A stretch of DNA of 63,234 nt, counting the filler, from Blastocystis sp. subtype 4 (Eukaryota), in the NCBI RefSeq assembly GCF_000743755.1. It is 8 parts of 8 records of this genome, joined end to end, with 100 filler letters (N's around TTAATTAATTAA, not from the genome) between each part and the next. Parts side by side here need not be neighbours in the genome. Positions count along the whole stretch, not along the records: positions 36,593 to 43,302 come from NW_014569129.1; positions 43,403 to 50,094 come from NW_014569128.1; positions 50,195 to 63,234 come from NW_014569127.1; 5 more parts are not named here. One strand, given 5' to 3'. The position numbers were made by a program, and so were the translations under genes. This document shows, one piece after another, positions 42,483-54,900 of the stretch (positions are counted from its first letter, which is position 1; the number at the start of each line of letters is the position of its first letter). The notes under the pieces were generated by a model. That model did not search any database. It was not told the origin of the DNA and saw only the letters and a list, made by a program, of their open reading frames with translations.

Positions 42483-42833
42483 AATCTCAATTGTTTCTCT
42501 CTTTATGCCAATCAATTTCTATTCAGATTGGTTCAGCTTATCCTATAAAGTACCCTGTAACATATGGATACTACGTTTTCTCTTTTCTTGGATCAAAGCC
42601 GTTTTTTCTTTGTTAATACAACCTAACAACTCAATTAGTGCACCTGATGTTTATTCTCTGTGGATATTACAACATCTTCTATGAAGCATTCCCAATAGCC
42701 CCAATAAAGGTATAGAAGGTACTACAGAATCGTGCGCAATCGAAAGCGATATAAATTGGAGATGGCACATGATTATCCCATCTTCAACAAGGGTGTTTCC
42801 TTTTGGATAATGGAAAGCAGTGAAGTCACTTAG

Positions 42834-42868
42834 TTTCTAGAAAGTTCTAGAAGATTCTAGATGGTTCC
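42834..42868 (+). promoter_or_regulatory. Heat shock element array
   Basis: TTC-ta-GAA-ag-TTC-ta-GAA-ga-TTC-ta-GAt-gg-TTC, alternating nGAAn units ~50 nt upstream of the ClpB/Hsp101 ATG. Confidence 0.88.
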
Positions 42869-42915
42869 ATCTTCTCGAAGCATTCAGATTATCTCTGTAT
42901 CATTATATATTTCAT

Positions 42916-43302
42916 ATGTCTATTGATCCGAAATTGTTTACAAACTATGTTAATGCTGACCTTGTCAATGCTGAGGAGGCAGCAAAGAAAAACAGTAATG
43001 CGCAAATATCGACTGTACATCTGTTACAGTCCATGTTAAGAGAAAATGGGTCTTTCCCTTATCTAGTTCTACAGAAGGCCGGAATCAATGTGGATCTTTT
43101 GAAGAAGAAGGTTGATGAAGCAGTAAGCAAGCTACCTAAGCAAGATCCACTTCCTGATGAGTTATACATGAGTGGTGGATTGAGCAAGATTCTTCGTGTA
43201 GCGCAGGATAATGCTACTGCTCAGAAGGATTCTCGAGTGGCTCAGGATCATGTATTGAGTGCCTTGTTCAGTGACACAACGTTGAAGTCCTTGTTGGAGA
43301 GT
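42916..43302 (+). CDS. HSP101: ClpB/Hsp101 chaperone, N-terminal Clp_N repeats (truncated by gap)
   Basis: MSIDPKLFT...A...A....NAQISTVHLL..ML...KLPKQDP...A...KDSRVAQDHVLSAL; HSE upstream. Confidence 0.88.
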
Positions 43303-43577
43303 NNNNNNNNNNNNNNNNNNNNNNNNNNNNNNNNNNNNNNNNNNNNTTAATTAATTAANNNNNNNNNNNNNNNNNNNNNNNNNNNNNNNNNNNNNNNNNN
43401 NNTCTAGAGTTTAAAGGCTGTTGAGTGTGGACCACAGTAGTGATTGAGGTTATTTGGATTGTTTATTGTGAAGTAATGAAAGGATTGAAGTGTACAACAC
43501 AGAGAATATCGTAGATTCTGGGATGATCACTTGGCGGGAAAAGTTATCTGTCTTTCCTATTACTATTCTTCTAAAAT

Positions 43578-46500
43578 ATGAGTGATTTGCTTGATTTTGG
43601 CGAGAAACGAGTCAGACTATTGAACCCACCATCTGTAGGAGATGAATCCTTTCTTGATGACAAGAGAAAAGTTTCAGCGAATTCACAAGTACCTACAGCA
43701 AATTCGAAGGATCCTACCTCCAAATCTCAGTAGAACTTGGATTCTTTTATGACTTTAGCAAAGAAAGTCGTGGTAAATCATCTCGATCAAAAAGTTCTAA
43801 TGAACCAGAACGGATTGAAAGTGAATCAAGTCGTCGCATCATTTCTATGTAGGCAAAAAAATCTACAGAACATATAGTTGTGAAAATCGTGCTCATGAAG
43901 TTGGTATTGCTCTTGTCGATCTGAATCGCTTACAAAACTTGCAAGTTACTCAATTTATTGATACGACATCGTACTCCTATACAGTGTCCTTCGTTCAACA
44001 GTAAGAAAGATGTTCATTTTGCCATACAGGGAGAATCCTTCGATCATCCTTTTCCCAAACAGCCAAAAAGGCTCCCGTCTTCATATATGTTTAGAGAAGA
44101 TATGTGACAGTGCGTCTTCAATTCAAGTGATGATTGTGGCAAGGAAGTACTTTGATGAAACGGAAGGTCAACACCTTTTGACAGAACTAATGGTACACAT
44201 TATGGAAAGAACGTGAGTCCAAGAGCGAGGGCCACGGTTTAAATCTCGAGAAGGACATGGAGAAGAAATACTTAGCATTGGCTGCTTCTGTGGTGATAGA
44301 GATATAGCATTCATGAATAGTGCTGTGTCTACAAATACCTGGAATGCAATCAAAGTACCCTGTTACATCCACATACAGTGTGTATTGAATGGAGAGGTAA
44401 ATATGAAATAGAAGGATAAGTGATAGAAGTCACAGAGATCATGCATTTATCGTATACAGCTCTCACACATCTTGAACTGTTGTTTGATAATCGAAAACTC
44501 TCTACAAAGCAGTCATTATTTCATGTTATCAATCATACTCATGTAATAGCATCGTGATGGAATGAATTAACGTAGACTATTGTTGGGAAGCGATTGTTAA
44601 GATCCTTTCTCCTCACTCCATCTGCTGATGCTGTATGTAATGAGGGGACTATACACAATAGACAACACTAAATGGTCGATTGGATCTGATTGATGCCTTT
44701 CTGAACCATCGAGATATCCTGGCTGATGTTGGAAGTGTATGAGAGACATGGATATGAAACATAGCATTTGGCTCTGTATGGAGATATCGATGAAGTACTC
44801 TTCACATTAGCTGTGAAGAGTAAGGAGACATCGGTTCGAAGTGCTGTTCAAACTGTTAAGAATCTCCTTCGATTACGTCGAGATCTTGATCTTCTTGAGG
44901 CACTAGCCTCATGTCTGCAACCTCTTCAAACGTCTATTGCACAAGTACTAATCACAATCTTTCGTAATGCCGAATGGAAAGAACTATCATGTCGAATGGA
45001 TCAATTCTTTGATGCCACACGAGATATGTACGAGAAAATATTCCTTTCTGACTTAGATCCTCCTTAGGAGGAACTCAGAAACACCAGCTCTGCTTGTGCA
45101 TCCGATCAGGTCTCAGTCCTGCTCTCGATGTGAATCGCAGTGTGTATCTTCAAGCTATGGAGGATACACAAGCTCTGGCAGAACAATATGTTCATGAAGC
45201 TCCATGTGAGATACGGGTTACTAGCAGTATCTCACGAGGGTTCTATTTGCTGGTGTCTGCAAAGAATCGGAGTTATCTTTCTGGGTAGGAGTTGGAGATC
45301 ACTATTCAGACAGTTCGTTTGTAGAGTTAGGGAAGGAAAGAGGAGGCCAATATGCCATATCAACACCAGATCTGTTATCATTGAACCGAAAGTGAGTATG
45401 AATGGAATGAACTGAGAGATAGATGTCAGGAGGCACAAGAGAGTGTTTATCAAACAAGTGATGAGGTAATAAAGAGTTAAGAATGCGAATGTAGCTGTTA
45501 CGCCAATTGATGGCAATAATCCGAGAGAAGATTGGCTTATTGGCACATGTAAACTGATTAGAAGACTTTAATAGATAGATGACTGAAGCCATCGCACTTC
45601 TTGATGTTCTTCATAGTCATGCTTCGATGATTGCTGGATCACGAAATGTCTGGTGTATGAATGATGAAGAATGATAACAGAATAGGTAGACCTCGCTTCA
45701 ATAAAGGTTCTGTTGATGATTCATATCCTATTTCATTTGTAGTTATTTGCATTAAAACAGAGTTGGCGTCAAATTCAGTTAACTCTCTAAATTGTAGATC
45801 CTCTTGCTCAAGAGACACAATCAGATCATCCTTTCGTCTCAAATGATATTCTTCTATCTCCTCTTACTAACATTCAATTAGTATATGGTCCAAATTGTTC
45901 AGGCAAGAGTACATATCTGCGTCAAATTGCAGTAGCTTGTATCCTTGCTCAGATTGGATGCTATGTTCCTGCTAGTGTATGAATGATTGGATAAATTGAC
46001 AGTAGTTTGCTCAGCTGCCTCTCTTTGAATACATTTGTGTTCGTATGGGGAATGATGAAAGTCCGGAAGAACAACTAAGTAGTTTTGCGGGAGAATTGGA
46101 GGATGTTAAGGGAATGTGTGAGTGTATGGAATCTCGTTGTTTGTTCTTGTTGGATGAGTTTGGTAAGAGGTTCAATTATGAAGAGTGAATCATTCATAGT
46201 ACCTCGGTTGAATCAGGTTTGGCTCTTGGATGGTCATTAATGGAGTATTTAAGTAAACAACACCAAACTTTCACATTATTCGCTACACACTATCTGCCTG
46301 AAAGAATATCACTCCTTCATAATCTCTAGCTAACCCAATTAGCATCATCATATCCACTCTTCAAAGTCACACTAATGCGAACAACCTTCCACGATAATAC
46401 CACTCTCTTCTCGTTGCTATGGATTCATTCAATTATCACTAGGTATCGAAATGTGACAGTAATGATGCAAGATCAGCAGGAGAATGGTGAAGCATCTGTG

Positions 46501-46842
46501 AGTGAACTACAGAGTGAATTAACTCAAAACTACGGATTAGTAGCAGCAAGGTTCTGTGGCTTGCCTGAATCACTTGTGGATTGTGCCCAGCATTTACTTC
46601 CTTCCATCGAAGTGAAGACACTTAAGTGTGACCGTAAGAAGAGAAAGAAAAGTGATATGTAGTGAGTCGAGCCACATCTACACGACTTCAACAAGAAATC
46701 TTTCAGAGATTAGCTCCATTGAATGCATACTCGTCACTTCGGGATGAGGGTGTAGGTTGAAAGAGGATGGAGGAATGCATAGTTGAAAACCTATCTGGAA
46801 TTACTTCGCAAGAAATATGTAACGAAGTGGTTGAACGAATAG
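43578..46842 (+). CDS. MSH4: MutS homolog 4 (meiotic crossover factor), many exons
   Basis: [10 protein letters not shown]...QFIDTTSY...[10 protein letters not shown] (MSH4-type, no mismatch-binding domain I), [38 protein letters not shown]. Confidence 0.8.
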
Positions 46843-46899
46843 TGCTTATGGTACAGGATTACTGATTGTTTCAATTATAAACAGAATATCTAAATAACT

Positions 46900-47940
46900 T
46901 CAGTTTGTCAATGTTTCATGGAGGAATGTCATACTTAAGAACTCTCCCAACTGATAGAAAATGAACTGCCAAGGAGCTACAAACTCACCTCTTTCACTCA
47001 CAATTACCCATTCGGCAAATAGTTGCACCAAATCCCTTCGTCAGAGCCCACACACCTTCATAACGAACAGTCTATACTTCATATTCAGAGATAATCCTAA
47101 CCTTGATTAAACAGTCAATACTGCTCTTATAGAGATGTTGTCCTTGATGTTGTTCCATCATTCGTGTCTTTACCACATCAAAAGGATTACTCATACACGT
47201 TGACACGAATCCACTGTAAATGGAGGCAAGAGTACAGTTCACAATACGACCGCTTGTGGTAGAATCAGAAGTATGCAAATGACGCATAATAAACTCCTTA
47301 CTACTATCGTAGCAAGCAATTCCACCAATAGTGAGCAAACCTGCACGAATCAGAGTTGGAGATACTCCTGTGAAGAATGCTTGAATCCCTTCCTCTCGGA
47401 TGATCTTGAAAAAAGCATCAGTTGCACTAGTATATCGAGGCTGTTGTCCCATCATTTTCAAACGACCATCGGCCTGCATTCGAACTTTGATCAAGTCAAG
47501 AGGTAGAGCACAGGTTTGGCCGGAGATTCCAGTAATAAGAGAGACTGATAACCGTTTCATGAAGTCCAAATCTTCATTCTCTACACCAGGATACATCAGA
47601 CGACGCAAAGGCTTGTAGAACCCTGTGCAAATACCTCCATAAATCACCTGTCGCAGAGCAGCGGGACCAACACCACTAAACAACGCCATAAAGCCTTCTT
47701 CTTGAACAACTCCCTTCATTGTTTTCCAGATTCCTTTCGATGGTGTCTTCACTCCACTCATTGCATTCGCAGTATTCTGAAGTTGTAGTCGCACTTTCGC
47801 TAAATCAAAGGGTTGAGTCACTATAACCATCAGAGATATGGAATAGCGATACCTGACTCAGTAAATGACGATGTAAAAGAACAAATAACAAATCGCTTCA
47901 ACAAGAGATGGTCTGACTTCCTTGGCTCAGAACCCTGCAT
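46900..47940 (-). CDS. Mitochondrial carrier (SLC25), uncoupling-protein/dicarboxylate-carrier-like
   Basis: Three PxDxxKxRxQ repeats (PFDLAKVRLQ, PLDLIKVRMQADGR, PFDVVKTRMM); ends APWQFIFY...TLTN*. Confidence 0.92.
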
Positions 47941-48017
47941 TGTTCATTCAATGAAATTGGTTGCAGCCAATCAAATCGGACACACAAAGATAAAAGTGCA
48001 TTCTTTTGTTCAGTCCC

Positions 48018-48725
48018 ATGTTTAAGAAGTAAGATCGTTCTTTTCGGCAATTCCACATAGATTCTTTCCAAATGAAAACATTAGTTCGAAGAGTCAAGTG
48101 AAATCGTCTGTGGCTCGTGGTATTCGCAAGAACATCTTGGACCAGTATCCCGAGTTTGAAAAATATGCAGACGAGGTATTTCCAAAGAAGGAAACGGTTG
48201 TAGTGGCAAAATGGTTCAGGGGTTGTCATTTCATTCTTATTTTGTAGTCAGAATAATTTGGAGTTAGTTATTGTGAATAAGGAACCTATCTTCTATTCGT
48301 ATCACGGAGGTCCGTATCTTCCCACAATGAAGGTTTTATTGAGAGGTACTTTTCATCTGAGTGTATAATCATATTCTAGCTCCTGATATGATGAAATCAG
48401 TCCAAGTTGATAAGGGTGCAATCAAATTCGTTCTTTCGGGAGCCAATATCATGTGTCGTGGCCTTACTTCTCCTGGAGGAAGACTTCCTGACGGGCTAGA
48501 AGCTGGTGAGCCTGTGGTATGTATCAGTGGAATTTTTCATCTGTAGGCGATTTTTGCGGAAGGAAAGGTGAATCCACTTGCTGTTGGTGAGTTAGCTATG
48601 TCCTCGGAAGAGATGTAGGTATTAGAAGGATCATCGAAATTAGACGTGCGAAGAATGAGGGAATTGGAATTAATCTCGGCCATTATCTGAATGATTGTCT
48701 TTGGCAATGTACTCAAATTGAATAA
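48018..48725 (+). CDS. MCTS1: MCTS1/Tma20 translation re-initiation factor (PUA domain)
   Basis: MFKK|F...[47 protein letters not shown]. Confidence 0.93.
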
Positions 48726-48849
48726 ATCATTTAGTTGACCTTGTTGTTTGTTCCAAACCTCTTCTTTCGTTTTTAGAGGGTTACTCAATGAATGCCTTCT
48801 TACTAGTTTCCCCATTTCCCCGTTTTGTAGTGAGGCAAACAATAGTAGA

Positions 48850-50094
48850 ATGGCAGAGGCTGCTCGTATGGTAGGATTGCTTAGATGTTCTATAATGAAT
48901 CCTAGTTAACAAAGGTGGCGAAATGGTCCATTGGTATTGGAGCCGGTTTGGTCTGTTTCGATCAATGTATTTACGATGGTAGATTTTGATTAGACTGAAA
49001 ATGTAATGATTGTAGTTGATGGAGGCGAACGAGCCGTCATCTTCGATCGTTTCCGTGGAGTGTTGCCCAAAACAGTTGCTGAGGGAACTCATTTCCGAAT
49101 TCCTCTGATTCAGGTAGGGAATCGTTGGTTTGGTGAAGTATATAGTACCCTTATATTTATGATATTCGTACCACTCCCCGTGAGATTTCTACAGAGACTG
49201 GTACAAAGGATTTGCAGACAGTGGGCATTTCTCTTCGAGTGTTGACACATCCTGATTTGGATCATCTGTCGACAATTCACCGTGAAGTGGGTCCTGATTA
49301 TCGTGATCGTGTGCTTCCTTCTCTTGGTAACGAGATCATGAAGGCAGTGGTAGCTCAATACAACGCCGAACAGTTGTTAACAGAACGAGAAAAGGTTTCT
49401 GAGCGTATCAGTGAACTTTTGGAGGAGCGTGCCGAGAAGTATCACATCAAGTTGGATGATGTGTCAATTACTCATCTGGCCTTCGGATCTGACTTCAACA
49501 ACGCCATTGAGCAGAAGCAGGTGGCTTTGCAGCGTGCTGAGAAGGCCAAGTTCGTTGTGGCTCGTGCTGAGCAGGAGAAGATTGTAGGAGTGTGGAGAGG
49601 GACTGAGAGATAGGCGGCTGTGATTCAGGCAGAGGGAGAAGCTGAGGCTGCTACGTTGATTAGTGATGCTTTGAAGGAGTCTGGAAGTGGTGTGATTGAA
49701 GTGCGTCGAATTGATGTAAGTGTGTGGATGATTGGTGTGTGGATGATTGTGATATGCGATTAGTTCTTGAGAGATGGAACTAGCAAGACCAGCATGCGCA
49801 GAGACGGAAGAGTCGTTGATATGACCGATCCAACTCATGTGCTACATAGTTCAAGTTACACTTTACCTGTTAACTAAGCGCATACAGTGGAAAATGGAAT
49901 TCTGTTATAAGAGTTCTTCTTGTAATACCATTGGAAACTGTAGAAGCGATAGAGCGGAGGAGAAGAGATGCAAATTGTTTGTGAGTTGCAGGCCATTCAA
50001 AACTGGGTCATTCTCATATTCTGTAGGCTGCTCGTGATATCGCAAATACTCTGGCTCGTGCTCCCAATGTCACATATCTTCCGGGAGGAAAGGA
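48850..50094 (+). CDS. PHB: Prohibitin (PHB1-type), 3' end lost in gap
   Basis: [50 protein letters not shown], after a long intron [19 protein letters not shown]. Confidence 0.95.
49751..50020 (+). ncRNA. Candidate structured intronic ncRNA in prohibitin intron
   Basis: Lies in a 311-nt intron (49716-50026) versus ~30 nt typical; end-to-end pairing and several internal hairpins visible; class not determined. Confidence 0.55.
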
Positions 50095-50563
50095 NNNNNN
50101 NNNNNNNNNNNNNNNNNNNNNNNNNNNNNNNNNNNNNNTTAATTAATTAANNNNNNNNNNNNNNNNNNNNNNNNNNNNNNNNNNNNNNNNNNNNACAATT
50201 CATTCATTCAATTGATTCATATCAAATGACAAATTCACTTACGATTTGAATGTCTATTTAGTAAGAACAATGAAATGCGAGAGACAAATGGATTATCCTA
50301 CCCTCTGATGAGTTCTTCCTACTCTCCTTCTGATTACTCTATCCTCATCTGATTGCTGCTGTAGTTGTATCTTTCTTTTCTCATTATGTATCAATTATTT
50401 CGGAGTATAGTGAATATGCTCTTGTTGATCCACTCTGTTCCTATTCTATACCCTAAACAAAATCCTGATTCTTCTTTCATACATGTCTCTCGTATACTAT
50501 AATACCATACAACAGATACAATTCTCCAACAAACAGCTTCCCAACAGCATTCAACAACACCGT

Positions 50564-51776
50564 TTAGTTCTTGACAGTTCCAAAGAACTTGGCCTTCTCG
50601 GAGGAGGTCTGGAATCTTCCGTGACCGAACTTGGAGGAGGTATCGATGAAAGCCAGAGTGATTTCCTCAATAGCGGATCTCTTGGTGTGGACCAAGAGAG
50701 ACTTACGGAGAGTGATCACTCTCTTCTTGGTTCCAGCGACACATCCCTTCAGCATGATCCAATCATTGTTCACCTCTCCATAGTGAGGGAATCCTCCCAT
50801 AGGAGTGATGCTCTTCTCAGTCAGATCGAACTCAGTGGAAGCAGAGTTCTTGTCACCAGCAGCACCAATACGATAGATCTTCTTGTTGATCTCTGTACGA
50901 TGATGGTATCCATTCTGACCAGCACGAGCCACAGTGAAGTGGACACGACTAGGATGCCAAGCACCAATACAAGCCACCTTACGAAGACCACGATGAGTCT
51001 TACGAGGCAGACGAGTGGTACCCCAACGAGTGGTCACTCCCTCGAATCCCTTACCCTTCGTCACAGCAATCGTATCGATCATCTCATTAGCAGAGAACAC
51101 ATCGCTCACCTTCACCTCCTTCTCCAACAGACTCACAGCAAATGCCACCTTAGCCTTCATATCACCTCCGTTCACCTGAATCTCCATCAGATGAGCCTTC
51201 TTCTGACCAATCTTCACCTTCTGCATCTGGGTGTGAGCAATCACACGCACCACTGTGCAGTACTCCTCGATTCTCTTCAGCTTGTTCTCCATAGCCTCCT
51301 TACCCTCCTGAGTAGCCATGTGAGCAGCATAGTTCGTGAACGCCTTGCGCTTGCTGTTGTACCAGTTCTTGTAGAAGCGACGCTTGCAAGACTCGTCCAT
51401 ATGCTCAGCAAACACAGTGGTCAGAGTACGAAGACCCTGAGGAGTCTCGATGTAGCCAACAATACCCACCACAACCATAGGAGGACAATCCAGAATAGTC
51501 ACAGCTTCCACAATCTCCTGCTTGTGAGCCTTGCTTCCAGGACGATCCAGAGTACGCACAATATGGGTCATACCAGCCTTGTAACCCATGAAGGCAGTCA
51601 GATGAGGAGCCACGCTCACATCATCCTTAGGGAACTTGCGGACATGTCCACGATGATGAGTGCATCTCTTACGAGGGAGGAAACCGAGATTTCCGTGACG
51701 AGGACCTACACCACAATTACTCCCGCTCTCATCACTCTCAAACACTCCACTTACATTCGAATTTACGATGAGCCAT
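50564..51776 (-). CDS. RPL3: 60S ribosomal protein L3 (uL3)
   Basis: [62 protein letters not shown]. Confidence 0.98.
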
Positions 51777-51985
51777 TTGAACTGTTTAGGAAAAGAATAC
51801 TTGAGGAATGAATGGATAGTTTGATTGAGATTCTACCGAGTATTATACAGGTTCCAAATAGAGAATGAACCCGGTGGAACGCACATTCACAACAATTCTG
51901 TATATTTGATGTACCCTCTTCCTGCTACAACGTCAACTATCACAGTAACCAACTTCCTTTGAGGGAACAAACATCAAACAAATAC

Positions 51986-54900
51986 TTAGACCTTTATAGA
52001 CTTAGTAGACTTCTTATCTGTCGACTTCTTAGGTACCGTCTTTATATTCTTCTTGCCTTTCACACCACCAACGGCCTTCGTCTTTCGAGATCGTACTAGC
52101 ACGATAACAACAACAACAATGATGACAATAACAACAACAATTACAATAACAATGACAAAAACTGATATACAGGAACCAGTTGCTTTCTGCCATTCACCAT
52201 CAACGGCTCCCAATACACACTTACGTCTCTGCGTACCAACATAGTTTCCTTGAGAAGAACACTCGTACACAACTTCCTCACCAACATTGGCAGCATGGAA
52301 CACTCCCTCTGAAGGACAAGAACCAACACGAACTACAATAGTAACGATTACTGAAACAGCTCCAGTAGGATTCTCAGCATATATAGTGTATCTGGTAGGC
52401 TCACTTATTGCTGTAGGAATACCCGAGATTTCTCCAGTGTTCTCATTCAGACTCAATCCAGAAGGAAGGACAACACCAGTATCAACATACCATCGAGTGA
52501 CAATATTTTGATAGAGAGGTACATTGGTGGTAGACTGAGTTCCCATCACCATCGTATAAGAGCTACTCTGATAGTGAACCATTGTAGGCAGTTTATGAGT
52601 ACACATATCGGTCTGAACTTCACCCAGAACACCATTCGAACACTCACGATATGCGTAACCATTATAACCCTCAGGACAAGTAGAAGGTGAGATCTGACCC
52701 TCACTTACAGACGGATAGTTGTCTATTCCAGGACACACCTCACCTGAAGCCTTGCAATATGCCATATGAAGCGAACCAATGGCTGTCACCGAAGCAGGAG
52801 AAACAATAGTCTCCCAACGATACTTCATGAAAGAAGCCAGAGCCACAGGTACAGAAATTTGAGGCTTAATGCGATCTCCAATACTAACAGTGTTCGAATA
52901 GATGGTGATTCTCTCAGAAACAGGGGTATCGGAAGCGAAATAACCATAGATATCAAAACCCCAGTTATACACTGTACTAGCACCAACAATATTGAATGAA
53001 TTCCACTTACTTCCCAGCAGATTCTCGACAGTCCATTCCAAGAAGGCACCCACATTAGTTGAAGGAGTATACGTAGTATAAGGGTCCATATTCATCATAT
53101 TATACAGGTCATCGCTGATAGCGGTAGCATCGATCACTGAATACGTATCCAGGACAGCGGAACAGTCTTCAACTCCAAATACTCCAGTAGCATCAAACAC
53201 AACAGCATCAGCAGAAGAACCACCCAAAGGACGATGAATCTCGAAACTGAACACATTACTGCCTTCTTGAATTCCAGCAGTAGCCAGAATCACATGGAAC
53301 TTCGAGAATGCCGTAGCATCATGAACAGCAATACTCTCCGTATTACTGTCGAATCCATCAGCCAGATTAAAACGAGCCACCAAATTTCCATTCAGATAGG
53401 CAGCAACACCACCAGCATACTTCACTCGAACATTCAACACTGGATAATCACTAATAGAATTCAGGGTGAAACTCTTTCGGATGTAGGTTGTAATGGCACT
53501 CGTGGTTCCAATATCGGCTGCCTTCACCGAAGACCAAGTAGCATCGTTGAATGAAACGGTGTTCCAATCAGAAGCAACATCATCGTTACCCTGATACACC
53601 TTCCATTCAGTGTACTCAATCTGGAATGGGAAGAATGTGGAAAAGGCAATAGAAGCATAGGTAGGTACACCATTAGTACCACTAGGCAATTCAAGAATAT
53701 CCAGCTCCATCTCTCCCAAATCAACAGTCAGAGTTAGACCAGTATTCAGAGCCCAACCATCACCATAAGTATCGCCAATTTGAATAGTATAGATGTTATC
53801 ATCCAGACAGAAATCAACATAATAGTAAACATTTGATACAGGGAAGGTACTAACCGATTGGAGAGGAGTACCCGAAGTAGTTCGGCCTTGGAACAACTTC
53901 CAGGAGTTTTCATCCGCGAATCCATCAGCACGGAAACGAGCAGTCATCAGACCACGACCACCAGTGCAAACAGCGACCTCAAGGGTGAAGGAGGCCGTAG
54001 TAGTTCCTCCGACAATCTTCGTGGCAGTCACTTGATAGGTGGTCATAGGCGATTCAACAGTGGCAGTTCCTGACACCCATCCTGTTGCACTATCGATAGT
54101 CAGACCAGTAGGAAGATCAGGAGTAATCGTGAAATCATAATAGCCGGATCCAGAAGGAATTAGCTCTGACATTTCGATATTCTTAAACACAGTTGTAGAC
54201 TCATAAGTGAGAGGAGTAGGATCCGCCAACACATTATCAGCAAATAGATTCAAAGACTGAACTCTCCATGTACAGCTATTTGGATCTCCAGTCGAGAAGT
54301 TCTCAAACTTGAATTGATTGTAAGGAGTATTGTTAGTGAAGTAGGAACGACGTCTCTGACCAGCCATCGAGTATGTGATATCAGTAACGGCCTTCAACAG
54401 AGTCCATTCTTCATCACCATTACGACCATAGAGATTGAACTGCCTCACATTATAACTATTGGCGGAATACCAGTTCTGGATCTCTACAGAACTGACCCAT
54501 TCACGACGATCGTTATTCAACGTAACAATCATCGAATTATCGGCACAAGTAGTATATGTAAGATAGAAACCATAGTATCCACCAAAAGCGTATGCAGCAG
54601 TACCAGTTATACCGGACTCTGTTGATGTGAACTCCCAGATGTGCGACTCTGGCTCACTTGTCATCAGACGCACAGTAGCATCGAACAACGAAGCTCCCTG
54701 AGTAGTAGTCGAAACAGCCACAATAGCAATAGCAATCGTGTTACTGCCTTGCTGGAGATACGAAATGGCAGTCTCAGAAGAGCTCGTAGGCATAGAGCGG
54801 CCAGGCATAGTAACAACACGATATATTAGATCAGAATACACATTCTCAGCAGTAGTTGTAGTGCTCAGAGTACCTGAGACTCCATTACGCCACAGCTCAT

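Noticed and set aside
50483..51811. 442-aa + strand ORF
   Set aside because: Antisense shadow of strongly codon-biased RPL3; no recognisable features
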